Below, in pieces: positions 11,763-23,460 of a DNA stretch of 64,000 nt. Under the pieces are notes generated by a model. The model saw nothing but the letters and a program-made list of their open reading frames with translations, had not been told where the DNA came from and made no database searches. How positions within the stretch are numbered: the stretch's first letter is position 1; each line of letters opens with the position of its first letter. The position numbers and the translations under genes are program-made. Source of the DNA: Lophium mytilinum (lineage: Eukaryota); assembly GCA_010093605.1 (NCBI GenBank), contig MU004187.1, positions 558,001-622,000 of the forward strand, given 5' to 3'.

Positions 11763-13439
11763 TCAACTCTATCTCCACAACCTCCCACCCTTCTCGCCTC
11801 CTCATCCTCACCCTTACCTCCTCCAGCGGCTTCACAAGGCCGATAGGCATCCTCTCCGAATCCATCGGGGGATCAAACCTAATCCCCTCCTTCCCCTTCG
11901 GCGGAGCCATATCAAACGCACACACCACCCCCGCGACCATCGACATAATCTCGACATGCGCAAAATGGCGCCCCGGACAGTATACACTGCCACCACCAAA
12001 CGCACGAAACGCCGCAGGGTGCACCTGCTTCTCTCCATCTCCATCACTGCGCACACCGTGTACCGACCCAACGAACCGCCGCGCGTTGAACGACGCGGCG
12101 TCCGGACCCCAGACGCTCTCGTCGTAATGCATCACCCCACCCGCGATCTGCACCACGTTCCCCGCCCGAAGTAGGTACTCGTCACCGACAACAGTGTCCG
12201 CAACGACGAGGCGGGAGCCAGACATTGGGGCAGCGAGGCGGAGGGACTCTCGGTAGACGGAGTTGAGAACGGGACAGGACGACTTCAACGCGGCGTAGTT
12301 AAACACCCGTATCGAACCGCCCCTCGCGTTGGTCGAAGCAGTGAGAGCATTGGCCTCGATCTCAGCGCGCAGCTCAGCTAGCAGCGCCGGCCGCGAGAAG
12401 ATGTTGTTCAGAAACCAAAAGGTCGTGACACCCGCGTTTACCAGTGCTCCGAAGAGCATGCCGACCTCTGAGCGCGCGTACTGGGGCACGGAGAGCCCGG
12501 CCTCCAGATGCAGCCGCGCGCGCCCTTGGATCAGTTTCGACGCCTGCTTGTACCGCTCTTGCTGCACGTATTCGGTCAGCGCCTCGACCATGCGCTCGCG
12601 GCCGGCGTACGCTTTCCGCGCTGTTATGCTCGGGAAGACGCCGACGATTAGGCTTATTATCCCGGCTTCGAAGTCCCAGAATGGGGCCTCTAGGGAGGGG
12701 TCAAGCGCGAAGGGGTTCGAGGGCCCATAGAGCGCGTGGGTGGTCGCAACTGTGAATTGTTTTCGCACCCAGAGGAATAAGTCCCCTTCTTCGCCATTTG
12801 TGACTTTGTTCAGCCGTTGTGTTAGCTGCGCGAGTACGTCGATGCTCATTTCTTTGATCTCGGCGGGTGTGAGGGCTGTGTATATGATTTCGTGGACGGC
12901 CTGCATGAAGGGGGACTCGGATTGGGTGAGGTCGGGGCCGCGGAGGATAGACATGGAGGCTGAGTTGAAGCTGACCATTCGCCCGGTTATCTCTACGATT
13001 AGTTTGTTGAAGGAGAGGGCTTTGGAGCTGCGTTGGACTTGGCTGGCGAGCGCGGGGGAGGTTACGACGTAGGTTTGGGACGGCCCCATGGGAAGCGAGA
13101 AGATGGGGTGGGGACAGCGTTTGCTAGGAAGAAGTTAGTCAATTGATCTCCTTTTCCAAGGCTGGTTGTTGGATCGGTTTGTGGACTCGTAGTTGTTTAT
13201 GTGGGAAGTTCTGGAAGAACGAACCTGACGGTCGAGAAGTAGCTGGCGCCATGATACGCCAAACCAAACATATGCCCAATGAAGGGGACTCTGGGTCGTA
13301 GGACTGGTGGTTCGCGGGAGTCATGGCTGCTTTTTCCCAAGAATCGTTGAAGTATGGCGAAGATGATAGCAGCGGATGTTATGAGGAGGATGAACTTCGT
13401 CGCCAGAGGGGCCGCTCGGACCTCATTGGTAGACTCCAT
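11755..13439 (-). CDS. Cytochrome P450, CYP7/CYP8-like clan (~527 aa)
   Basis: Exons 13439-13225 and 13123-11755. N-terminal TM anchor plus EPPVLRPRVPFIGH, K-helix ESLR, FNARRF, heme motif FGGGSVYCPGRHFA, I-helix ALVNAGVTTFW. Confidence 0.93.
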
Positions 13440-14407
13440 TTTGGAAGAGAATAGCTACAGGAATGGTAGAAATAGTTGATGCATATATGAGAGCGCGTAT
13501 ATGCCAGTGGACGGAGCCATCTTGGCTGCTTACGCTCCTGGAGCCCGGAAATCCGCTACAATCCCCCATAAGGCTGTGACAATACCCTGGGCTGAAGTGG
13601 CTTAATTTCGCTTCCCTGATAGGGCGCTATTTAGTGAAGCTTGGAGGAACTATACTAACACTAGTCTTTGCCCGTCGATCTATACCATTGAGCAAAAGGA
13701 TTGACAGATTGACGAAGATTGACGTGGGAACTTTGTATAGGGGAAGTAGGACGTGGTATTCTTTTCCTTTGCTTCTCTTTTTTCTCTATGATTAGCTCAA
13801 TGAAATCAGGATCATCTCTCAAGAGGTCTGGAACGCGAAGGAGCAATAAATGTGTTTAGAATCGAATATTTGAAAACAGAATATATGCTGTTGCAACAAC
13901 TCCTCGAACCACTAAGCAATGAGGCCGTTCCGCTCTGGGAGCTGTAGGTGTTCATTCTAGTCCAAGGATATTGTAACTGTACGATAGGTAAATGCTAATT
14001 GATTTTTGTAGAGAAGGACCTTGACATGTCGTCATTTACTTCACAAGACGCGTATATTAAATATCCCACCTTTGTGTTACCATCACATGCATCCCTTCTC
14101 CCGCCACCTTCCGCTCTGGTGCACGGCTCCGCTGCGATGGGGGAGGAATCAAGCCTCGCGGCTGAAGGCGTGCTGCAGATGATTGGATCGGAAAGCTCCC
14201 GAGTTCTGCGGGTGGGTCCTTCATCACCATCTGTCTCCCATCCTACCTACCCATCACCCATCACTGTCAACTGTAAACTGGACAATATATAATCCTCGAA
14301 GCTGCCTTTGGTTCTTGTTTTCCAAGCTCGCTGCGTCTCTCTCTTCGTCGTCGCGCGTTCTTTAATAGTTTCGTCCTCGCTCGCGTCATCCCGCGCTTTG
14401 CCGCACC

Positions 14408-15762
14408 ATGAAGGCGTCTACCCTCTCTTCGTTTCTACTCGCTTTGCGGGCTACTACTTCTGCAACTCCTATCCCAGATGTTTCGAAGTCATTGCAGAAC
14501 ATCCTTAAGAACACGGACGGCTCCAAGTTGTACACTTACCCGACAGACCTGACCAGGGGTATCATTCCTGTATGTTGTGTTGCATTCGTTGAAGATTGCG
14601 CCAATTTGCTAAAGAACTGCAGAAACCATTCCATTCGCACAATGACTACTGGAGAGATGTGCCGTTCTATTCCGCACTCTCATACGGTGGTGTCTCGACT
14701 GAGGGCGACGTTTGGTTGATCAATGGGACTTTATTTGTATGTTTATTTCATCACTTAGACTCATCTCGCTTCAAAGAGCACCCTTTTTTTGCCTTTGAAC
14801 TCCTGGGTGTGACAACACTTAAACACATTTTCATATTCGTCCTCGAAATCCGTCGTTAGACCTGTGCCCGTTTATATGATCACTTGCGTCATCTATCATT
14901 TCAAGCTTTCTTGCGCTAGTGTCATCCAAGAGCAACTCATCCATGGCAGCCTTCCTCCATCACGTCCCGAAACAATGCCTCGTTGATCCCCCATCGACTC
15001 TCATGATGTTCCGCACTCACACCTCTTAGGTCGGCCATGAAGAGAGCGCGCTAACCGAAGCCCGCACCCTCGACTCGTTGTACATTCAGCCCATCCTCGA
15101 CACTCTCCACCGCCAAAACCCCGTCACAAAGTTTGCTCCCTCACCAACCAAACAGTAAGTCCCACCCCCCCTTTACTTCTACCCCTTTAACACCTCACAG
15201 CGGTGTCTTTGACACGTCAAGCGGCCAAACTCTCTACTTCTTTGTCGACGTCAAAACCTCCGGCCCAGAAACCTGGCCTGCTGTCCTCTCAGCTCTCTCC
15301 CCGCTGCAAGAAGCCGGCTACCTAACCACCTACGACGGTACTAACATCACCCCCGGGGCTGTCACTGTCATTGGCACAGGGAATACGCCCCTTGATCTGA
15401 TCCAGTCCGCGAACCCGACCCCAAAAAATCCCCGCTTCGCTTTCTACGACGCCCCGCTCCCGTATCTAGCCACCACGTTCAGCAACATCACGACGGCGGA
15501 TAGCCCGATCGCGAGCACCGACTTTGCGGCACAGTTTGGGGATGTGAAAGGGGGAAAGATGAACGATACGCAACTAGCTCTACTGAGGGAGCAAATTAGC
15601 ACCGCGCATGGGAAGGGGATTGCGGTACGGTATTGGGACCAGCCGGGCTTCCCCGTTGGCGACCGTAATGCGGTGTGGCGGTTGTTGTGGAATGAGGGGG
15701 TTGATCTGATCAATGTGGATGACATTGCGGCATTTGCGGAGTTCTGGGAGATAGAGGCCTGA
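14408..15762 (+). CDS. Secreted PLC-like phosphodiesterase (Aim6-like)
   Basis: Exons 14408-14569, 14623-14736, 15030-15154 and 15201-15762. Signal peptide, [61 protein letters not shown]. Confidence 0.88.
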
Positions 15763-17037
15763 AAATCAGGCCCAGGGGTTGAACACGGAGTAACACGATA
15801 TCTGGAGAGGATGTCGGAGAAAAGTTCTGATCTTTGGGCTAATATGTACTGGACTGCCGGGCTTGGCCTCGTCTTTTCGGAGTAAGTATTGTACATGGCA
15901 AATGGCTCAGCCCTACGGACCGGGCCGGGTAGTCACACCCAGGCGTTAGCGACATGTCTGCTGTCTATTTCGTAATATACTTGTGTATGCGTAGGTACCC
16001 GAAGCGCACGACTTCTCCTAAATGTCCTTCGACCTGAGCTACGCCAGCAGCAGCACGCCACTAGAAACGAGAGTCTATACTTTTCTTGTCGGAAAATATC
16101 ATCGCATTGCCCTGGGGTCGGGCTAGGTCGATCTGCAGCACTAAGCGCGTGGTAGTCATCCAGCACGCTAAGGCTCCATATGACCTTTTGTATCCAAATC
16201 TGATCACGCCAGCCTTTCTCCTCCCATCAGCAAGACCTCAGGGGCCGTTACCAATGCTTGCCTACTTTCGAGGAGCTTTGACCGCCGAAGAAATATCCAG
16301 CATGATCGAGACCTTAGAGTCTCTCTACCTAAGCCCGTTCCACCACGGCGCTCCGTTCACTTTATCAGCTTTCGTTTTGTCCTTACTTAGGAAGCCGGCG
16401 CAACAGTGGCAAGGCCTGGTAAGCTTTGCTTGTCTTGCTAGCGTGCATATCTGTCACCCTTTAAGCCGACTACGAAAGCCTCAAAACGAGTGAAACAGTC
16501 CCTTGCATGCACTCACCCACTGCTCTTGGCACAGTACGAAGAACGTGGCGTGCGGCACAGCGGTAGCAGCTCATACAGTCGCTACAATGGCCCGTTTCGG
16601 AAATATGATAAAAATGATCATTTACGCTGCTGGCTCTGGATCTTGCTTCTTGGATGGACTCCTAGGTAGGTGGCTCCGAGCTAGCTGAGGTAAAACTCCA
16701 GCCACCCTCGCAACCTCAAGCAAGTCCTACATCATTCCCTTTCGCGACTGGAATAGGTAAAACTACCAGTAATATCACGCATAGGCCTCTATTGTTGGGT
16801 TACCACGACCAGGACCGTGCAATCGATCCAATACGCCCATGCTGGTCAAGTAGTGATGATCTTTAAAGTTTTCCTCGTGCCTCGGACTTTGCTCAATTCC
16901 ATACGTATTCCAAATGTAACTCATTTTCAGTTCTTCAGGTCTTCAAGCTCGATACAAGTTCGTGTACTTCACAGCTACCCTTCATTATGGTTCAAATTTC
17001 CTTTGCGCGGACTGCCGTGCTTCTGGCAAATGCACGT

Positions 17038-17099
17038 TTATACGGTAGTTTAGTGGCTTGATTTTAGCGCTAGTTCACCGGACGTAAATATATGCTGTA
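17038..17099 (+). repeat. Dispersed 62-bp repeat, copy 1
   Basis: 52/62 identity by manual alignment with 51364-51425; core GTGGCTTGATTTTAGCGCT..CACCGGACGT. Confidence 0.85.
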
Positions 17100-18329
17100 A
17101 TACATAATGTAGCTATGACTAGTGAGGGATGTATTATCTTAGTGTCAAGTGAAGAATAAAACCTGGGCACCTTTCTCTAGCTCCTTGTCGATCAGGCGTT
17201 CTATTAGGGCCATCGTGGAACAATGAAAGGTATATCACGCCTGTCTAATTACCAGTTTCATAGTACTCATCAAAGGAATCAGTTTAATCTCCTAGATTAC
17301 TTGTTCCACACAATGCATCATCATGATGGCTGTCATTGACAAAGAATGAATGTCAAAGAATAACTTGTTCTCATCCCACCTACATCATCTCGCGACGGCA
17401 AAGCAAGGACGAAGTCAGACGACAACTTTCTTAGACTAACTCACGATGTCATGAGCCACAATCCAGGCACCAGTGGCGTACGCGGATCCAATCGGGCAGA
17501 GGCCGACCCCGCAAAAGCATCGAGACCAAGTTGTGATAGCGCGACTGGCGCGATCCGGCTGATGTTCATGGTCCGGCATGGGATTTGCGTACGCAACGAT
17601 GATGATCGGAACGGCAGACGCAACTTACTCCGCATTTCTGACAGCGATCTTCGCGGCAGCATCCGAGTCAGAGCCGGCGTTTACTTCAGCTACTCAAGCT
17701 GTTTGTGGCTCTACGTGGCAGCTGTTGAATCCACGATGTGCCTCTGGTCGTACATATGCAGTAGTACACTGTAGCGCAGTACCACAGTACCTCCAAAACT
17801 AAGGTACCGGCGCATTGGTACGACGAAAAGTCTTTGATGAGCGGACGTCGGAAGAACGGAGCGTGCTCGCCACTATTGCGTTTTGTTTTCCGGAAACCAC
17901 CTCATGCAGCGGCGGTATTAGACAATCGCATCGTGAGTGTCTCAAAGCCGTAACTAGCCACTGATCTGGCCCCAAGGTATACACCCGTATTTGCGTCATC
18001 AGTCCCATGGTATCCCGCCACTGGTGCCCTATTGGTTGTTAATGCCTCGAACTGACACGGCCTTGCATGGTACAACATATAGGACACGCCGAAACGGGCA
18101 TAGGGATGGCATAAAGGGAAGAAGCGGTGAGGCCAGTGCGCAGTTGCTCAGCAGCATCGAGATCGGCCACTTCCAGCATCGTGAGTATAAAGTTCGTGAT
18201 CGGCTGTGTTTTTGTTTTTGTTCATCGCCTCACTAGCCAGTCTCCATACTTCAAAACCTTGATCGACCACCTCGCTCTAGCTCGCTCTTTGAAACTCCGC
18301 TAACCAAAGCTCGTCGATCTTCTGCCAAG

Positions 18330-18676
18330 ATGCCGCATCTCCCGTTTTCAACTACTCCTTCGCCTCCTGCCAGTGCCTCAAATTCACCACCTCCTTCGAT
18401 AGTTCTGCAGCCAGAACCAGGTCTTTCATCCCCTTGTGGGCAAAGCTCAACACGTTTCATGAACTAATATGATACCATCTAGAATCCCCAAAGCAGTCCC
18501 GTAAGCTCTTCGAGCCTAAAGATACCGCCGCGGCGTATCGGAGTCGATATGCGGCCTACCTAGCTGCCACGTTCAATATGAGTCGTGAAGCGGCCCTTGC
18601 GGAAGCAGAATACCAGCTCATGCCCAGGAAGGGGAGTCGGTTTAGTGAGCAGGATATTGAAGGCCGGAATAGTTGA
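18330..18676 (+). CDS. Small spliced hypothetical protein (94 aa)
   Basis: Exons 18330-18420 and 18483-18676; intron GTCTTT..ACTAAT..TAG (weak donor). Reads MPHLPFSTTPSPP..ESPKQSRKLFEPKDTAAAYRSRYAAYLAATFNMSREAALAEAEYQLMPRKGSRFSEQDIEGRNS. TATAAA near 18186. Confidence 0.62.
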
Positions 18677-19595
18677 CCACGGTGGCTTGGTGTTGAGAAG
18701 GAATGATCTGTTGAGGATTAGCTGGCGATGAAACGAAGAGCATTTTTCGGTTGGGAGTTTGGGCATCGCGTTGAACAAAACGCAGGAGGACTGGGTTTTG
18801 ATTACTGAAAGCATTCCATAAGAATCTACAAGCCATCATTCAGGCTTGATGCGAATTGAGGAGCAAGCTGAGAACGCTACCCCGGATTTCTTATCCGAGG
18901 TAGTCCAAAAAAAAACAAGAATCAACATCACGTGATTTTCCTCAGTCTCAACTCTCTTTCGACGTCTCATTCATCATGACCAGCAAACTCGTAGGACGCC
19001 CACCTCTTATCCACCCGTTCCATCCTTGATTGCGCATACTCAAACGCCAAAGAAATCCGCTCCCCAGCTGCCGATCAAGACGGATTCTTTTTGATCGCTG
19101 GGGACTGCATCACCAGCTTCGTCTCCACTGTGCTGCAAGCCAGGCAGGCTGCGGTTTCTCGTCACCTCCAATATCTAGGCATCGTGCGGAGTCAGCTCCC
19201 TTTTTCTTGCCATCGTGGCCACGACGAGCTAGAACGCAGTAAAGGCAATCAAGCCTGACAAAAGAAAGTTTGTGGAACAGTTTTGTTGTATCAAATTATA
19301 ACGTCTCTTCTTCTTTCAAGCATACTCCGACTTGCAACATTTTCCGACCGCGCTTTGTATGCCGCTCATAGGCACCACCCCGTTCGCCATGGCTGTCCAG
19401 TGGCTATTCGATTGGAAGGCGTCATTCGCGCATACCAAGATTGGGGAAGGCCTGGGCGACACCCTTCCACGTATCCCAACCGCTGTTGTGTTTCGCCCCA
19501 CCCGAACCCTCAACCACTATACATCGACCTCCGCTGCCGCTCATTCTTCCTCAACGAGATCCCCGCGTTGCACAGTCGATCTCCATCTTTATTGA

Positions 19596-22500
19596 ATGGG
19601 CGAAGGGACATCTCAGCCAAAAGTCGAGGAATCGACTGAGCCTCCTTTATGCGATCCCGAAGAAGCTCGAGAGAAGGATCAGACGGTACCTGGCGTACCG
19701 AATGAAAACGTACATTATGCTTGGGCTAACAAGCATGCCAAAGTGTCTCACACCCTTGACCCCGAAACTGTTGCGGAATTACTGGACGCCCATCTGCGGT
19801 AGGGTGATGTATTTTTTTAAAATTACGAGCCTTTGCTTACCACCATCTAGACAAGGACTCACTGAGGCCGAGGCTGAATCTCGCCTTCATCGCCATGGCC
19901 CTAACCTCCTTACGGAAGCGAAAGGGGTTCCCGTGTGGGAAATCCTGCTGAGACAAGTCTCGAACAGCTTGACGGTTGTCCTAGTTATGACTATGGGTCT
20001 CAGCTTCGGCATCAAGGACTGGACCGAAGGCGGCGTCATCAGCGCTGTCATCGTGCTCAATATTGTGGTTGGCTTCATCCAAGACTACCGTGCCGAGAAG
20101 AATATCGCGTCCTTGATGGCCCTATCCGCCCCAACAGCGACGGTCGTCCGCGATGGGCGCGTTGTGAGCATCAAAGCTGAACATCTTGTCCCTGGAGATG
20201 TGGTCAAATTATCCGTCGGAGACATTGTTCCTGCAGATTTACGCCTTTTTGATGGCATCAACCCGACGGCGGATGAAGCTAACCTGACTGGTGAATCGCT
20301 TCCTGTCTCGAAAGATCCAATTGCGATATTTGCCGATGCAGACCTTCCTGTTGCAGATCGCAGCAACATGGCGTACTCCCAGAGCACGATGACCGCCGGG
20401 CGGGGGACAGGCATAGTGGTCTGTACTGGTATGGAAACTGAAGTGGGAAAGATTGCTGGCATGCTTCAACAAGACGACTCTCAAGTTGATGAAGAGGAAC
20501 ATTCCAACGCTACGAGGAAACTGAAGTCTGTCGTTCGTGGTGTCAGAAATGTCCTTGGCCTCAATGGGACTCCGCTTTCCGCTAGCTTGAGCAAGTTTGC
20601 ACTCCTGCTATTCGCCCTCGCCATACTTTTGGCCATCATCGTCTTTTCAGCGAACAGGTGGAACCTCAAGGGAGAGAATCTTATCTACGGCGTATGTGTT
20701 GCTGTGGCCGTAGTTCCGGAATCTCTCCTTGCGGTTCTTACTATCACGCTGGCAGTTGGAAGCAAAGCTATGGCCAAAGGAAATGTCCTTACCCGAAATA
20801 TCCAGGCATTGGAGGCTATTGGAGGCGTCACGCACATATGCTCGGACAAAACTGGAACTCTCACTCAAGGTCGAATGATCGTACGCCAGGCATGGATCCC
20901 TGGTACAGGTGTTCTCTCGGTTCACGACTCAACCAAACCATTCGACCCAACGAACGGCCATTTGAAGCTAAATGACGAAGATTTCGACAGAATCAATCAC
21001 GTTTCAAGTTCAGGCATGTCCCTTCTCATGCGAACGATCGCGCTGTGTAATTTATCTTCAGTTGAGAAGCCTCGCACTTCAAAGAACGCTGTAGACCTTG
21101 AGTCAAGACAAGAGCAAATGTCTCAGACTCAAGTGGACGGAGCCGGCCCCATAGAAAAGCCTCCACAATCTGCCCAAAGCGATGAGTGGACCGCCATTGG
21201 AGAGCCCACAGAGATTGCTTTGCACGTTCTCGCACTACGAGTCAATATGGGAAGGGCGGACGTTCTCCACGGCGACATGCAGCATGCAGCCGAGTTCTCT
21301 TTCGACTCGGCCGGAAAGAAGATGACTGTGGTGTACCGGAATCCTTCTGGCATGGAAGCTTTCACCAAAGGAGCCGTCGAAATAATAATGCCACTTCTAG
21401 CCTGTTCAGACCAGGAGAAGCTAGAGATACAGTCTATCGCTGATGAAATGGCTGGGGAAGGCCTTCGAGTACTTTGTGTCGCCTACAAATCATTACCCCA
21501 CGGTTTCAATCTATCCGATCGTAAACGTGTTGAGGTTGGTCTTGATCTCGTTGGTCTAGTCGGATTGTACGATCCGCCACGCCTTGAGACGGCCGACGCT
21601 GTACGCCGATGTCAACTTGCGGGCATCAGTGTACACATGCTCACTGGAGACCACATTCGTACTGCGACTGCCATAGCTCACGAAGTTGGAATCTTACCTT
21701 CCACGGTACCGCTTACAGATAACGGCAAGATTATCATGTCTGCGGAGGCTTTCGATCAACTATCAGATGCTGAAATTGATGCCATGGAAAACATGCCCTT
21801 AGTGATCGCTCGGTGTAGTCCGACCACGAAGGTCAGAGTGGTGGAGGCTATCCATCGCAAGCAGGCTTTCTGCGTGATGACCGGTGATGGCGTCAACGAT
21901 TCTCCCGCTCTGAAACGTGCGGATGTTGGCGTCGCAATGGGCTTGAACGGGAGTGATGTTGCCAAACAAGCCGCGGCCATGGTTCTCACCGATGACAACT
22001 TTGCCTCCATCGTCAAGGCGGTGGAGGAGGGTCGTCGACTGTTCGACAATATCCAGAAGGTACCGATATTTCTATAAGCTACATATGTAAAGCTAACTAC
22101 TTCCAGTTCCTGCTGCACCTACTCATCTCCAACATCGCTCAAGTCATACTCCTTTTAATTGGCCTCGCTTTTCGAGATGATGGAAGAAAGAAAATTGATT
22201 CAAACCCAGGAGATAAAAAAGACCCAAGGCATGCTGTTTTTCCCCTATCGCCTCTGGAGATTCTGTGGGTAAACTTGATCACTTCGTCATTTCTGGCACT
22301 TGGCCTTGGCCTTGAAGAGGCTCAACCCAACATCATGTTCCGTCCACCTCATTCACTCCGAATTGGTGTCTTTACGCGGGAATTGATCATCGACAAGTTT
22401 ATCTACGGCACTTTCATGGGCGGCCTTTGTCTTGTCGCATTCACATACGTTGCTTATGCAATTGGCAGGGGTGATCTGGGTTTTGGCTGTAATGATGGAT

Positions 22501-22973
22501 GGAACTATACCTGCGAGGTTGTGTTCCGCGCTCGGTCAACTACATACGCAACGCTCACCTTCCTCCTACTTGCCACCGCGTGGGAAGTCAAACACTTCTC
22601 TCGATCTTTGTTCAACCTTGACCCTAGATCAGAGTACGATGGTCTATTCTCCGTCTTCCCAACTGTGTGGCGTAACCGTTTCCTATTCTGGGCTGTGGTT
22701 GCTGGGTTCGTCCTCGTTTTCCCGGTCATCTACCTTCCCTTCATCAACAAGAAGGTCTTCAAGCATTCAGCCATTGATTGGGAGTGGGGGGTAGTGTTTG
22801 GATGCTTGTTCATCTATATTGTGTTGATAGAGATGTGGAAAGGGATCAAACGCCGCTTTGGAATTGGCAGTGGAAAGTACCGGCTCTTGACCCGCGAGGA
22901 TGCGGAGAAAAGAGCTGGTTTGGGGCATGTCAAGCATGAGGGTCTCGAGGAGAATGCGGCGGACGAGGTCTAA
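19596..22973 (+). CDS. ENA1: P-type IID Na+/K+ efflux ATPase (ENA family)
   Basis: Exons 19596-19798, 19851-22059 and 22107-22973. Motifs LTGES, VPESL, CSDKTGTLT, FTKGA, MLTGD, MTGDGVNDSPAL, and ENA-type VFPLSPLEILWVNLITSSF and LAT/AWEVK. Confidence 0.95.
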
Positions 22974-23460
22974 ACTTTCCTACATATTCTTGTCGCTCCC
23001 TAGGTACTTTCAGAGCATTGGCGTTTTCCTAATGGTATTATTTTATCCTTCTCTGGCCTCTGACTTTTTCAGCTCGTATGATCACGGTATTGCGACACCA
23101 TGATCTGATGATACGAATTTCTCAGCCTATTTAGTATGAAGTTTGTCTGGCACCATATGCTTCAAGAAATAAGGCTGCTGTTCTCGAAGAAACTGCGACT
23201 ATCTACCTCACTTAGAAATACCAGGCCAACGCCCGGACGCCCCCTAATTGAAGGATTCGCCAGAGGGAAAAGGCACGCTGTCGAAAAGAAGCTCCAGACT
23301 CGCCTTGATTTCAACTCTAAGAGCTGAACCTTCAAGCTGGCTTTCAAGCTAACATGACCTTAGGTGATTGCTCTGAGCCTTGCGCATCGCTTCCTCGAAC
23401 TATAGTGGCTTCTATCAAAGCTGACTGAGCTGCTTTCTAGACCTCGAGGGCGAATCATAT

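Noticed and set aside
11587..12174. ORFs with STISTI / LQYLQY repeats
   Set aside because: These are antisense translations of the 9-bp tandem repeat and the P450 3' end.
1..13439. Triterpene biosynthetic cluster (oxidosqualene cyclase plus P450)
   Set aside because: The cyclase looks like housekeeping ERG7 and is separated from the P450 by ~10 kb of unrelated genes (hypothetical protein, WD40, SDH3); no tailoring enzymes are clustered.
18324..19144. PacC sites (GCCARG) upstream of ENA1
   Set aside because: Only two hexamers were noticed (18324, 19139), near chance expectation, although alkaline regulation of ENA genes is established.
19441..19850. N-terminus of the 878-aa ORF as the ATPase start
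   Set aside because: It is read-through of 5' and intron sequence; the real first exon is 19596-19798.
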